64,000 bases of DNA. Source: Squalus acanthias (taxonomy: Eukaryota). The notes beneath the pieces are model-generated. The model searched no databases, was not told the DNA's origin, and saw only the letters and a program-made list of their open reading frames with translations. The stretch lies in assembly GCA_030390025.1 (NCBI GenBank), contig CM059432.1:72480001-72544000 (forward strand), given 5' to 3'. Made by a program: the position numbers and the translations under genes. Below are positions 37,901-51,570 of this stretch, one piece after another (position 1 is the stretch's first letter; every line of letters begins with the position of its first letter).

Positions 37901-38294
37901 TCTCCCCTCAGCGTTAGGGTTGGATTACGATGGTTTGCCAAATCGCATCTTGACCAGCGACTGTTTGATATTGGAAAGAGAACATGTTCCTTTTATCAAC
38001 ATATTTTGATCCATCACTTTTCTCTGATCAGTACAAAAATGGGCGACCGAGTGGTGATCTCAGTACTATGGGATTAGTACTGATATTGCCACACATTCAC
38101 TCACCCATTTTTATGCCATCAACAGGTGATGGATCAGAGTGCTGAAAAAAGGAACTTGATTAATACTAATTAATCCTATTTGATTTACCTTTCCCACTCT
38201 CACTCTCTCAGGATTTTATGGAGACAATACACAAGATTTGCCTCAGTGCATACAATCCTAATGGTTTCAGAAGTTGCAGAGATTTCCATACATT

Positions 38295-40565
38295 GCCCCG
38301 GGTTTTGCGGCAAGAATAGTGGTAAGGCTATCGGCGCTCACCGTTATTAAGGAAGAAATCAGACTGTAACATTCCGACGTCCACACATGCGCAGTTAAAC
38401 ATGGAAATTAGGAAGTTGCTGTCTGAGTTACTCTGCTCCTCTACAAGCAACGGCGTGAAGTTGAGGCACTTACCCACTAGATACCCACTTAACACACCGG
38501 AAAAAGTTAGGGCTTGTCTATTCAAGTGTAAATGATTTTTTAGCGCCATGGCAAGTCTTAGTTACTGCTAAACAACCTCTCTGGCACTGAAAATTAACTT
38601 TTATAAGAATAGAGTCTCATTCCTTCAGATTTTAATTATTGTTGGAGATTTAAAAAATGTATTTTTGTTTTACTTTTGTGTACTTTTTTTTAATCTCAAT
38701 CACATCTTTCTTTCCCTCTTTATTTCGCTTTCTGCACATGATTTTACATTGAATTAAATATTCTGACTTACACTTCTTGGTTCAGATTTTGCGGCTGAGA
38801 TTTCGCCTACCTTGGCGGGTCGGTGGTGGGTTTCCAGCCCGCTGTCCAAAGTGATCTTATGCTGATTGGGCTTGTTAAGCCTGCCCAGCACGGTTCCCAG
38901 CCAATTGAAGGAAGCGGGTCTGATGATGTCACCTTGATGACGCGTCATCAACCGGTTTCCTTAAAGGGACCATGCGCAAATTGATTTTGACAGTTGTGCT
39001 GTCAGTGTTCTACAGCATTGAGGTGCTGCAAACACTGACAAGCACTGCAGAGCTTCACGCCTGCACCTAGGCTCTCCCATGACTCCCTCCATATGCTTAT
39101 GGAGGGAGTCACAGCACGCTGGGTGGTCCTCTTCTCTTCCAATCAGCGGAAGAGACCTCCCCAGATCATCAACACAGCCTGGTTGCACATTACACAGGAG
39201 GACACAAGCAGGGATGTCGTTAGGAGGACCAGGTTGCAGTGGCGCAAACCTTTCAATGATCTCAGTAGATCACGAAATATTAGTACAAAGCCACACTCAA
39301 CCTTATCCTGCTGTGCCACTCATCACATCCCCATCACTCTGCCTTCCCTACCCTACTCCTGCACATCCTTACTTGCACCTCCACCCATCCCCCTCTATCT
39401 ACATTATCACTTCCCCATCTCACTAGTTACCCCTCATGCTCACCCTCATCCTAGTCCAATCATACCAAGTAACAACACACAAGGGTAAGCACTTGGGTGT
39501 TTTAGCCAATGTGCATGTGAAATTTCTGTTAATGTGCTGTCAAACTTTGAAATCTTTATTTTCAACACTTTGCATTCTTGGACAGATTTGTGTGCACCTT
39601 TGGAAGTGGCTTAGTGAGTTGCAGTGAATGGTGGGACATAACGGTACCCCCCACCCCCCCGCAATGGCGGAGTGTGTGAAAGGAATGGCTTGGGCATTGT
39701 AGGGATACTTTATGGTGTTAGTGTGGGGTGGTGCCAACCTGACGCATCATGCGGCAGCCAGGGTGTACAGCATCAAGTGAAGTAAATCTGGCTATGGTGA
39801 TGCCATCCCTGGCGTCCCGGGCAGCAATGTGGTTGGGTGCTGATGCCCTCTGTCCTGTGCAGCATCAGTTGATTGCGGAGAAGTTTGGTGATATTGTTGG
39901 GGCTAATCCTGGTGGGATTCTGAGGACCAAGGTGAGAGAGTTTCAAGGGCACCGATGCTGATGGAATAGATGGCAGGTGAAGTTGAGATGACAGAAGCGA
40001 TCTGTCAGTGGTGAGAGGTTGTTCCAATGAGGTAACACTGGATACAGAGTTTGCTCCAAACACTTGCAAGCTGCATAAAGCTCAATCTGTCTTCCGAATG
40101 CAGTAGGCAACAGCTTCTGACCTTGGAAAGTGAACAGCTATGAAATGGGAGCTTTTATAGACCATTTGCAGCTGTCAAGTTAAGAAATCATCCCATGCTA
40201 ACACAACTCCCGACCTGCTTACCTGACGTGATCCCCGAGCAGCGGGGAAGCCGTGCGTGAACTCTTAAAATCTAAAGGTGAGCTTAAAGTAGTTTTTAAG
40301 TGCCTGTTAACAAGCTCTTAATAATCTAAATTGCCTCCCCCGCTGCTTGGTGTCGGGTCTGTTCAGCGATGACAGACCCGACATCTGGGAAACTAGCGTG
40401 GAGGTGGGTTGACAGCGGGTTCCCTACCTGCTGTCACAAAAAAAATTTCCCACCCAACCCGCCACCAAATGCACCCGCTGACCCCCCGAAAAAGTCCCCC
40501 CCTGCGTGTCTCAGTAAGGATTCTTCAATCTGATTGAAGAGACACCCAGCATTGTAAAGCAGATA
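38295..40565. mobile_element. Non-autonomous TIR element (family D) interrupted by element E1
   Basis: ATT|GCCCCGGGTTTTGCGG terminus; aligns in reverse with 48034-49335. Confidence 0.85.
38793..40502 (+). mobile_element. Harbinger deletion derivative E1 with degenerate Myb exon 1
   Basis: TGC TSD; LMEGVTARWVVLF...AWLHI...RTRLQWRKPFNDL; colinear with 58456-60435. Confidence 0.88.
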
Positions 40566-40569
40566 AATT

Positions 40570-41035
40570 GGGCCAGATTTTGCGCTGAGTGGTGAATGAA
40601 CAGTGGCAGTTGTTCGTTACACTTACACTTGCCCATAACCATTGCCCTGTGTGAACAGGGCAAGCAACAGTGTATTGCCTTAATTAAAAAAAAAAAAATC
40701 TCCAACAATAATTAAAATCTGATGGAATGAGACTCCACGCAAAGTTAATTTTCAGTGCCAGAGAGGTTGTTTGGCAGTAATTAAGACTTGCCACACTGCT
40801 AAAAGGGTACTTGCATTGGGATGGACAAGCCCTAACTCTTTTTCGGGCGAGTTTGGTTTGTATCTGAGGTAAGTACAGCAACTTCACACCGTTCAATGTA
40901 TTTGAACGAGGACCCAGATGCCATTTTCGGGCAGCTTTTGGAGGAACATCGCAGTTGGATAGCAACGTCCGGATTTCTGCATTTAACTGCACATGTGCAG
41001 TCGCCGGAAGTTGCTGTTAGTCTCACCATTATAGT
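40570..41035. mobile_element. Internally deleted family D copy
   Basis: ATT|GGGCCAGATTTTGCG terminus; matches both ends of 48034-49335 in the same orientation. Confidence 0.8.
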
Positions 41036-41829
41036 TTGCATTCCTGTCAGCTGTCCCCTTTTTGGTCCCTCAGGATCGACAATTTAAGTAGTATTCCTTT
41101 CTCTGGTAGAAATCTAGCTCACTAGATTACTGGCCTCTTCTGTTGACTGTCCTTGTGCCGTGATAAATTTTTTTGGAACAATTTAGTGCTTGGTTCATGT
41201 TACGGGTTTATTTAATTAAAATAGGTAAAAAAATCACTTGTCATTTATTACTGCTTTACTGCTTTTCAGAGTGTAACAGTGTATTTCAATCAATAAAAAT
41301 AAAAACCCTCTTCTATATTAACGTTCAAATCTGTTCAGTTTACTCGCAACAAAGACACTCTTTCATCATCTCTTTTGTGCAATGTTTAATCTTCTGTCAC
41401 ATGTAAAGTATCCATTACACAAAAGTTATAAGTTCAAATTTCCCAGGAACCAATCAAAATCACAAACATTTCACTGTCTGAACATATCTCTCTCAAACTT
41501 ACTTTCAATCATTTTAGCTGCAAAATTGCCCCCTCAAATAAAAGTCACCCATCTTTCTCCCCCCACCACACTGTAACAATGTAATCTCTGATTCACTGTG
41601 AGCAATTCCATAGGAGATTAGACTAGAAATAATGTGCATATAATCCACTTTTTTGCTAATTAGTGTTTTTCATTTGAAATTACCATTAATAAATTAATAG
41701 CATTGCAGACTCTTTAAATGACGTTGCAGAAAGGTGCTATCAATAAAATAAAGGTTAAAATATTTGGATGCGCAATGGTTTATAAGCCAAAAACAATTAG
41801 AAGTAATTAATTGCGAGTGGGTATTAGTA

Positions 41830-44800
41830 TAGAATCATAGAAATTTATGGCACAGAAGGAGGCCATTCGGCCCATCATGCATGCGCCGGTCGAAAAAGAG
41901 CTATCCAGCCTAATCCCACCTTCCAGCTCTGGTCTGTAGCCTTGTAGGTTATGGCACTTGCATATCCAAGTACTTTTTAAATGTAATGAAGGTTTACATA
42001 AAAAATAGGAGCTGGAGTAGGCCATTTGGCCCTTCGAGCCTGCTCCGCCATTCAATAAGATCATGGCTGATTTTCTACCTCAACTCTACCTTCCTGCACT
42101 ATCCTCATATCCCTTAATTTCCTACGTTCACAAAAATTTATTGACCTCTGTCTTGAATATACTCAACGACTGAGCATCCACAGCTCTCTGGGGTAGAGAA
42201 TTCCAAAGATTCAAAACCCTTTCAGTGAAGAAATTTCTCCTCATCTCAGTCCTAAATGGCCGACCCCTTATTCTGAGACTGTGTTCTAGACTCCCCAGCC
42301 AGAGGAAACATTTTCCCAGCATTAACCCTGTCAAGCCCCTTAAGAATTGTATATGTTTCAATTAGATCACCTCTCATTCTTCTAAACTCTAAGGAATATA
42401 GGCCTAGTCTACTCAATCTCTCCTCATAGGGCAAGCCCCTCATCCCAGGAACCAGTCTAGTGAACCTTCGCTGCACTCCCTCTAAGGCAAGTATGTCTTT
42501 TCTTGGGTGTGGCCTCACCAATGCCCTGTATAATTGTAATAAGACTTATTTACTTTTATACTCTAATCCCTTTGTAACAAAAGCTAACATACCATTTGCT
42601 TTCCTAATTACTTGCTGTACCTGCATGTTAACTTTCTGTGATTCGTGTACAAGGACACCCAGGTCCCTCTGAGTGCAAACATTTCCCAGTCTCTCCATTC
42701 AAAAAATATGCTGCTTTTTTGTTTTTCCTACCAAAGTGGATAACTCCACACTTCCCCACATTGTATTCCATTTGCCATGTTCATTCCCACTCAATCAACC
42801 TGTCTATATCTCTCTGCAGCCTCCTTGTGTCCTCCTCACAGCTTACCTTCCCACTTAACCCTGTATCATCAGCAAACTTGGATACATCACCCTTAGTCTC
42901 TTCATCTAAGTCGTTAATATAGATTATAAATAGCTGAGGCCCAAGCACTGCTCCTTGCAGTACCCCGCCAATTACAGCCTGCCAACCTGAAAAAGTCCTG
43001 TTTATTCCTACTCTCTGTTTTCTGTCCATTAACCAATCCTCAGTCCATGCTAATATACCACCCCCAATACCATGAGTCATAATTCTGTGTAATAATCTCT
43101 TGTGTGGCACCTGATCGAATGCCCTTTTGAAAATCCAAGTACACCACATCCACTGGTTCCCCCTCATCCATCCTACTAGTTCCATCTTCAAAAAACAATA
43201 ACAGATTTGTCAAACACGATTTCCCTTTCACAAAACCACGCTGACTCTGCCCAATCATATGATGACTTTCTAAGTGCCCTGTCACCACGTCCCCAACAAT
43301 AGACTCTAGCATTTTGCTCACCACTGATGTCAGGCTAACAGGCCTATCGTTCCCGTTTTTTTCTCTTCCTCCTTTCTTAAATAGCGAGGTTATGTTTACT
43401 ACCTTCCGATCCTTGGGGACTGTTCCAGAATCGAGGGAATTCTTGAAGATTAATACCAATGCATCCAATGTCGCTACAGCCAACTCCTCCAAAACCCTAG
43501 GATGCAGGTTGTCAGGTCCAGGGGATTTGTCGCCACTTAGTCCTATTGATTTCTCCAGTACTATGTCTCCATTTATACTGATTTCTTTAAGTTCCTCAAT
43601 CTCTCTAGACGCTTGGTGCCCCATTATTTCCAGAATGTTTTTTGTATCCTCTACCGTGAAGACTGATACAAAGTAGTTGTTTAATGTCTCTGCCATTTCC
43701 TTATTTGCCCATTATAATTTCTCCTGTCTCTGTCTCTAATGGGCCCATGTTTACTTTCACTAATCTCTATTTTGTTGTTTCTGCCTCTACCACCCTTTCA
43801 GGCAGTGCGTTCCAGACCCCCACCGCCCTCTGGGTGAAAAAATTTCTCCTCAACTTCCCTCTAATCCTTCTACCAATTACTTTAAATCTATGCCCCCTAG
43901 TTATTGACCTCTCTGCGAAGGGAAATAGGTGCTTCCTATCTACTCTATCTAGGCCCTTCATAATTTTATACACCTCAATTAATTCTCCGCTCAGCCTCCT
44001 CTGTTCCAAAGAAAGCAACCCCAGCCTATCCAATCTTTTCTAAAATCCTCCAGTCCTGTACACAGTACTCCAGGTGTGGTTTCACCAAAGCCCTATATAA
44101 TTGCAGCAAGATTTCCTTACTTTTATATTCCAATCACCTTGCAATAAATGCTAACATACTATTTGCCTTCCTAATTGCTTGCTTTACCTGCATGTTAACT
44201 TTTGGTGATTAGTGTTGAAGGACCCCCAAATCCCTCTGAATACCAACATTTACTAGTCTTTCACCTTCTAAAAAATATTCTGCTTTTCCATTCTTCCTAA
44301 CAAAGGGGATAATATCACACTCCATAAACATTATACTCCATCTGCCACCTTCTTGCCTAATCATTTAGCCGGTCTATATCTTCCTCACTATCAACCACAG
44401 GGCCAATTTTTTTTATCATCTGCGAACTTCTTAATCATGCCCCCTACATTGAAGTCTAAGTCATTGATGTATACCACAAAAGGCAGGGGACCTAGTACTG
44501 GGCCCAGTGAACCCCACTGGAAACAGCCTTCCAGTTCCAAAAACACTTGTTGGCCATTACCCTTTGCTTCCTGCCACTGAGTCAATTTTGGATCCAACTT
44601 GCCACTTTCCCTTGTCCCATGGGCTTTTACTTTTTTGACCAACCTGCCATGTGGGACCTTGTCAAAGGCCTTGCTGAAATCCATGTAGACTTCATCAAAT
44701 GCACTACCCTCATCGACCCTCCTCGTTACCACCTCAAAAAATTCAGTCAAGTTAGTCAGACACGACCTTCCCATAACAAATCCATGCTGACTGTCCTTGG

Positions 44801-45033
44801 TTAATCCATGACTTTCTAAATGATGATTAATACTGTCCCTCTGAATTTTTCCAATAATTTTCCCACCACCGAGGTTAGGCTGACTGGCCTGTAATTACTC
44901 GGTCTATCCCTTTCTCCCTTTTTAAACAACGGTACAACGTTAGCAGTCCTCCAGTCCTCTGGCACCACACCTGTGGCCAGAAAGCATTGGAAAATGATGG
45001 TCAGAGCTTCTGCTATTTCCTCCCTTGCCTCCT
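41830..45033 (-). mobile_element. Cluster of CR1 fragments from several subfamilies
   Basis: 3' tails near 41830 and 41998; RT ORFs 42252-43696, 43767-44033, 44391-44774. Confidence 0.92.
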
Positions 45034-45972
45034 TGTATGGTGCCCCAGTACTGATCCAATTTGGTTATTCATATTCAATTCATAGAGGACAAGTAGCTTT
45101 GTCATCATATAATGTTTTTGTTTATGCCAGAACATTTGGCTAATGCAACATCCACATCATTTGGGGGAAAAAAGTGTTATTTCTTTTATTATTTTCATTT
45201 TCTTTCACTTAACAATAGTGTAGCATTTTAATATTTGAAATGTAAGATTAAAACTTGTTGGTTTAGAGTACAATGGCAGTTATCCATCTATTTCCTGGTC
45301 TAAGGTAATTGACCTTTAGGCCTGGTGCTAAAATGTTGGGGCGGTCTGCTGCTGGATCAGTTTTTTGGGGGAAGGCGTTTTTTTTTGTTGAATGAGCCAC
45401 AAACTATTTATTGACAGCTCCATGGATTTAATTCTGTTGGAATTCTAACTATTTTTGAGGTCTAGGTATCTTGCTAACTTCTAAAATAAATTGCTGTAAA
45501 TTTTAGTACTGCAAAATGAAATGACCAGATTGTCAAAATGCCCCAGGCCTGCAGTTCAGCGACCTGTATGTGATACCAAGAAATAGGTCGACCTTTCTCC
45601 ATCTAGTTCTCATTGTATCCTAAACCAATCATTTTCATCTTAAATTGCAAGCTTAACTATGCTGCACTGTTAGTAAGTTGGTCTCCAATAAAGAACAAGG
45701 GAATATATCTGTTTAAAAACTATGAATAAACTATTTTTGAGGAATCATTTTTAGTGCATTTGGTTTGCTGGAAATAATGCTTCTGCTGACTTAAAGAAAT
45801 ACTCATGGTATAAAAGTTTGAACTTGAAAGATGAAAAGCTCTATCTCTAAAATAAATATTTTATTGTATTTTCTAATGTGCGTAGTTGCTTCTTAATTAT
45901 GGTTGGTGCTATGGCAACGTAATGTTTAATCCCTAATAGTCAGCATGGACAGTTGTTGAAGTATATCCGGTT

Positions 45973-46925
45973 AATAAAAACAGAAAATGCTGGAAATACT
46001 CAGCAGGTCAGGCAGCATCTGTGGAGAGGGAAACAGAGTTAACGCTTAATGTCGATGAGCTTTCGTCACAACTGGAAAAAGTTAGAGATGTAACAGGCTT
46101 TAAGCACGTGCAGAGGGAGGGGAGGAGAGAACAAAAGGGAATGTCTGTGATAGGCTGGAAGGCAGGAAAGATTAAATGACAAAAGGGATGATGGTGCGAG
46201 GCAAAAGGAGATGGTAATGGGACAAGTAAAGAAACAAAAAATGGGTCTATAAGAGGTGTAAATGGGAACGGCAGAATCGTCAACACCTGCTGTCCGAAAA
46301 ATGGGGATCTGAAATTGTTGAACTCTATTGAGTCCGGAAGGCTGTGAAGTGCCTAATTGAAAGATGAGGTGCTGTTCCTCGAGCTTATGTTGAGCTTCAT
46401 TGGAACAGTGTAGGAGGCCGAGGACGGTGAGGTCAGAGTGGGAGTGGAGCGGAGAATTAAAGTGACAGGCGACCGGAAGCTCGGGGTCACGCTTGCGGAC
46501 TGAACGGAGGTGTTCCTCAAAACGGTCACCCAATCTGCGTTTGTCTCCCCAATGTAGAGGAGACCGCATCGTGAGCAGTGAATACAGTATACTAAATTGA
46601 AAGAAGTACAAGAAAATCACTGTTTCAACCGAGGATTCTCCTCCACCGTGGTTGACAGGGCCCTCGACTATCTGTTCCATTTCCCGTAGTTCTGCTCTCA
46701 CCCCTTCCCCTCTCTCCCGGAACCACGATCGGGTACTAACTGAATGGTACTTAAACCACTCTGCATATTCTTTAATAAAAACAGAAAATGCTGGAAACAC
46801 TCAACCGGTCAGGCAGCATCTGTGGTGAGAAACGTCATTGACCTGAAACGTTGGCTCTGTTTCTCTCCACAGTTCCCAGCATTTTCTGTTTTTGTTTGAT
46901 TTCCAACATCTGCAGTACTTTGACT
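45973..46925 (-). mobile_element. Penelope-like element: GIY-YIG endonuclease remnant with pLTRs
   Basis: CTSFNLVYCIHCSRCGLLYIGET (about 46543-46612) then RRLGDRFEEHL...VACHFN...GLN; pLTR copies at 45973, 46773 and inverted at 46835-46925. Confidence 0.9.
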
Positions 46926-46986
46926 TTGCACTGCTTATTCTTTATTTGTCCTGACACAAGCATCTTATTCTTATATATGACACTAT

Positions 46987-47801
46987 GAGGGCGATGTCGC
47001 CAATGGGGGCGCGTTGGAGGCGGGACTGCTGCTTGTTGGGTCGATGTCCCGCCTCCATCGATTCGTGGCCAACCCACGCTATTTTCCCCTGATTGACCTT
47101 GTTAAGCCCACCCAGCGGGCTTAGGCCAATCAAGGGAAAGCCGGTTGCAGAGCACGTCAACGTATGACGTTTCATCTGTCAAAAATTTTTGACAGATGAA
47201 TTGTCATCATTTGACAGCTCTGTGAAGCTGTCAAACAGTGACATTCTCTGTAGTTTGATGAGGTCTTGCATACAAGACTCATCAAACCTCTTTCTTTTAC
47301 AAAAATGAGATGGTTGTTGCATATGAGAATGCAACGGCCATCTCTCATCTGCAACACTGAGGTCCGAGAGTCTCTGCATACAAACCAACAGAAGCCTGCT
47401 GGAAGAAACAAAGGTAAGTACACTTTTAAAAACACTTTGCACTTACCTCAGATACTCACCTCTACCCTCTTGCACCCATCTCGTACCTTCACACCACACT
47501 TTTGCACCCCCGACCCCGCAAACCCAGTATTCGCCTCGCTGAGCTGGCGTATTTCGGAGCCTTTGGGAAGCCCGCACTTGTGAGGGCAAAAAGGTGATGA
47601 TCCTATTTTCTGCCTGTTAACAGGCAGTTAATAGGCTTTAATCCCTTCCTGCCTCCAAGGAGACGGGACCCAGCGCGGGACGGCTACCCGCCTCCTGGGA
47701 AGATGGCATGGAGGCGGGTTGGGGGCGAGTTGGGCACCCGCCCCCAAATTCTGCCATTTTCCCGGCAGTCCCGCCTCCCCAGGGCTGGCAAAATCGCCCC
47801 C
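46987..47801. mobile_element. Non-autonomous TIR element related to family E
   Basis: GAGGGCGATGTCGCCA / TGGCAAAATCGCCCCC ends; TAT/TCT flanks; shared GATTG-CTTGTTAAGCCC-CCAAT block. Confidence 0.8.
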
Positions 47802-48033
47802 TCTGAAACTAGACATTAGTAAACGCTGTATTTATTGTCCCAGTATGTTTCTAATTATAGCAACAGTGCACATAACATAAGCTGAAGTTTGTTGCAATCA
47901 ACACAATTAATTGTTTCATTTTTATTAAATAAAAAAGATAAATGTCATAATATGTGTACAACATAAGAAAACTTTATTTTAACAACTTGATTTCTTGTGG
48001 CGTTGCAAATGGCGAGTCGAGACCAGAGACAAT

Positions 48034-49335
48034 GGCCTGGATTTTGCGGTCAGTGACGAACGAACGGGTCTAGCCATTCAATACACTTGCACTTGCCCAC
48101 AGACCTTCGATGGGCTTTTGCACCGGAACTTGCGGTGATCAGAAATCCAAAACAGCGCAGCACCCTCTTTAGGGGATCTGGGATTTGGGTGTATCTCCTT
48201 AACCAATCAGATTGAAGAATCCTTACTGAGATGCGCAGGGCTGGAATTTAACACCCAAAAACGGGTGGTTTGGGGTCGGGTCAGAGGTTAAAATTTTAAA
48301 AATCTTAAACCCGACCCCAATCCACTTCCAACCCACCCACTTCCGGGTTTAACGGAGGTTGGACAAGGGGCGGGCAGCTAACCTGCTCCCAGGAGGTGGA
48401 TTAGCAATTTAAATATTTTAATGAGGCTGCAAGCCTCTGATTTAACCTGTTTTAAATGTTTAACTGTGGCCTGCCGGGTTCCCAAGGCCTCGGGAAGCCT
48501 GGCAGCTCAATGGAGGTGAGGATAGCTTTGGGGCTCCTTGTTTTACAGCACTCCTTGTGGGCCAGAAGGAGCAGGAGTGCTTACCCCCGGGTTTGGGGAG
48601 CGGAACCCCCCCCGGCCCAGCCCCGGGTCAAGCTCCCCATCCGACTGGAAGCCAAGGCTCTAAATCAGGCTGATTTCTGGGCGGGGAACCTGTCAAGGCC
48701 AAAAGACTCACGCTGTGAAGTTAAAACGCCGCAGTCCGAAATTCCGCCCCTCCCCCTGCCGACGTAACCCGTCCCTGTTAATATCCAGACTGCAGAGTCT
48801 GAACCAGGAAGTGTAAGTTAGATTAGTTAATTCAATGCCAAATCATGTACAGAAAGCGAAATCGAGCGGTAAAGAAAGATGGGATTGAGAGAGAGATAAA
48901 AGAGACAGAAAAAGTAAAAACAAGCTAATTTAAAAAAAAAATCTCCAGCAATAATTAAAATCTGAAGGAATGAGACACCGCACTTGTAAAAGTTAATTTT
49001 CAGTGCCTGAGAGATTGTTTGGCAGTAATTAAGACTTCTCACACCATTAAAAGTTCACTTACACTTGAATGGACAAGTCCTGACATTTTCTGGTGTGTTT
49101 AGTGGGTAACTATCATGTAAGTACCCCAACTTCACACCCTTCCATAAACTTAAATTATCAAGTCTCCCCGTGAGGTACCAGTATAGCTAAGCTTCTGAAG
49201 GAGCAGGGCAACTCCGACAGCAGCTTCCTGATTTCTGCATTTTAAGTGCACATGTGCGGTCGCCAGAAGTTGCTGTTCGATTTACTCTTTTTGCAGTGAT
49301 AGCCTCGCTGTTATTTTTACCGCAAAATCCGGGTC
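48034..49335. mobile_element. Complete family D TIR element interrupted by element F
   Basis: GGCCTGGATTTTGCGGT / ACCGCAAAATCCGGGTC TIRs; AAT TSD. Confidence 0.9.
48238..48791. mobile_element. Non-autonomous TIR element F, 554 bp
   Basis: GGGCTGGAATTTAAC / GTTAAATATCCAGACT ends; GCA TSD (48235-48237, 48792-48794). Confidence 0.82.
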
Positions 49336-50329
49336 AATTGGTCCAGAACATGCAGGTGTAATTGAGTCCCCATTTTAATTATACATTTTGTTTATTTTAA
49401 TGTTTCCATTCTAAATTCATATTTCCCTATTTATAAACGATGTAAATATCATTTTGTTATTGCACTCTATTGCTAGTGGTGGCATCTCATTCGCAGTTTT
49501 CATTATAAATGTGAACTTAAGAATTTATAAGTAGAAAAGTTGACCAGAAATATAAGCAGATGTAAGTTTTTTAATATATAGATAGATAATAGTCATTATG
49601 TTTTAGAAAATCTGTTTATATTGGACTAGCTCCTGAATTAGAAACCAATACTTCGGTGCTCGTTACAATTAATGGACTTTAAATGAGAAAGCTGAAAACT
49701 GCACAATAATGTCATCTGTCTTAGTATGGACTACAAGGGCTTATAACTTCATGTGTTTCTCAGTGAGGACACTGATAATATCTGTAATATATTATCTATC
49801 GATGAAATTTGAAGTACTAAAATACAAATCCACTGTATCTTTAGATCTTTTAATTTGAAGATTAATTTAAATATTTAACATTGCTTGTCATAAACATAAC
49901 TGGTATTCAGGCCATTGTGATGTTTGGTGTAGAAACTATATCAAGTTCAAAGAGCTATAATTTATTTTTAACACTTGTTGAATGTATGTGGAACAAATAT
50001 CAAGCGTACAGAAGAAGGCAAATGTGACAAAAATGTTGCTTAAATGCATTCAAAACAATGAATCTGACTGATTACAATGGAAACTCTGCATTGTATCTAC
50101 ATTCATTTTATTGCTTTTCTTTTTTAAGTGCACTGGTATGCCTGTGTGTATGTGTCTTTTTCCCTCCCTTTAGTTAGCTAAAGTTCAAGGGTGTAGATAA
50201 AAACAACTTTTATTTGCCCACAGAAGCCGTTTTCATGCCAGATAAACATGGTCAAAACTTAAAGCATTAAACTAATTTACATTTTTCCTTCTTCACTAAA
50301 CCTCTCTGCAATGCTGCTTACTGTTATCA

Positions 50330-51570
50330 ACAGTAGGAGCTCCTGCTCTAATGTCTAAATTCGTGACTTTTCATCTAGACCTTCCCTCTTTACTCGAATG
50401 ATGGTACAATTCTCCCAGAATTTCCCTCTAAGCTAACCGTGGCAAAACTCATTATCACACTCCTTGTCAAAAGCTCACCCTTGAAATTACTGTACCTTCG
50501 AACCACTGCCCAGCCTCTAACTTCCCTTGTCCAACATCCTTGAGCATGTCATCATCTCTCAGCTATGTCCTCACCTCTCCCAGAACTGCCATTTGAATCC
50601 TATTAGCCCTGCCCTGCCTACAGCACCGAGATTGCCTTGGTGAAAGTCACCAATGACATCCTCTGTGCCTATGATTCTTTATTCCTTCTTGTTCTTTTTA
50701 ACCTTTTTGCAGCATTGGACATGGTCAATCATGCTATCTTCCTCCATCGCCTCTCCACTATGATCAACCTCAGTAAGACTTCCCTTGCATTGTTCCACTC
50801 CAATTTGTTGCAATACATCTCCAGCATTGACTTCTCTAGTTGCTGCATGGTCACCTCTGGCATTTCTTATGGATTCTCTTCCTCGTATATAGGCTGTTCT
50901 TTGATGACTTCATTTGTAGACATAAAGTTTTCTTCCACATGTATACTGATGCCACCCAGCTCTACATCTCCCCACTTCCTTTGGCCACACAATCATCTCC
51001 ATACTGTCAAGAATTCCTGACAGTGCAGCACTCCATCAGCCTAGATTTTTGTGTTCAAGTCTCTGGCGTAGGACTTGAACCCATAACCTCTGACTTGGAG
51101 GCAAGGGTGCTACCAACTGAGCCGACACTGAAAACAAGCCATAATTTTTAGCTCCAGCTAGAAACTCTGCACCCTTACCTTCGATTGCATACTCCTCTTT
51201 GCTTTCTCACTCAGGTTGAACCATACAGCTTGCAATCTCAGGATTCTGTTAGACACAGATCTGAGTTTCAAACTCCATATGCTATCCACTACCAAGATTA
51301 CTTTTCCACCTCCGCAGCATTACCTGTCTCCATCCCTATGTTAGCCTCACTCCTACTGAAACACTTAATTCTCCCTTTTCCCACCTCGAGACTTCTTCCG
51401 TGGGTTCCTAACCGCCACTGTCCATAAATTCCCAATTGTCCAACATTCTGCCAGCTGCATTCTGTGCCGTATAACTCTCTCCCAAACCCCTTTCCCCCTC
51501 TGCCCCACTTTTAAATGCTTTCTCAAAGCACATCTCTTCAACTAAGCTTTTGGTCACCTCTCCTAACCCC
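50330..51570 (+). mobile_element. Degenerate L2-type LINE
   Basis: LVKVTNDIL...LFAALDMVNH RT-like sequence, YTDATQLY, L2-like 3' region. Confidence 0.75.
51020..51130 (-). mobile_element. tRNA-derived SINE 5' fragment
   Basis: Minus strand GGCTCAGTTGGTAGCAC...GGGTTCAAGTCC (A/B boxes) continuing into SINE body rather than a tRNA acceptor stem. Confidence 0.75.

Noticed and set aside
6060..42520. Same CR1 breakpoint before GTGTGGCCTCACC at about 6071 and 42507
   Set aside because: The events differ (large deletion versus 36-bp in-frame deletion); two cases cannot exclude chance or microhomology.
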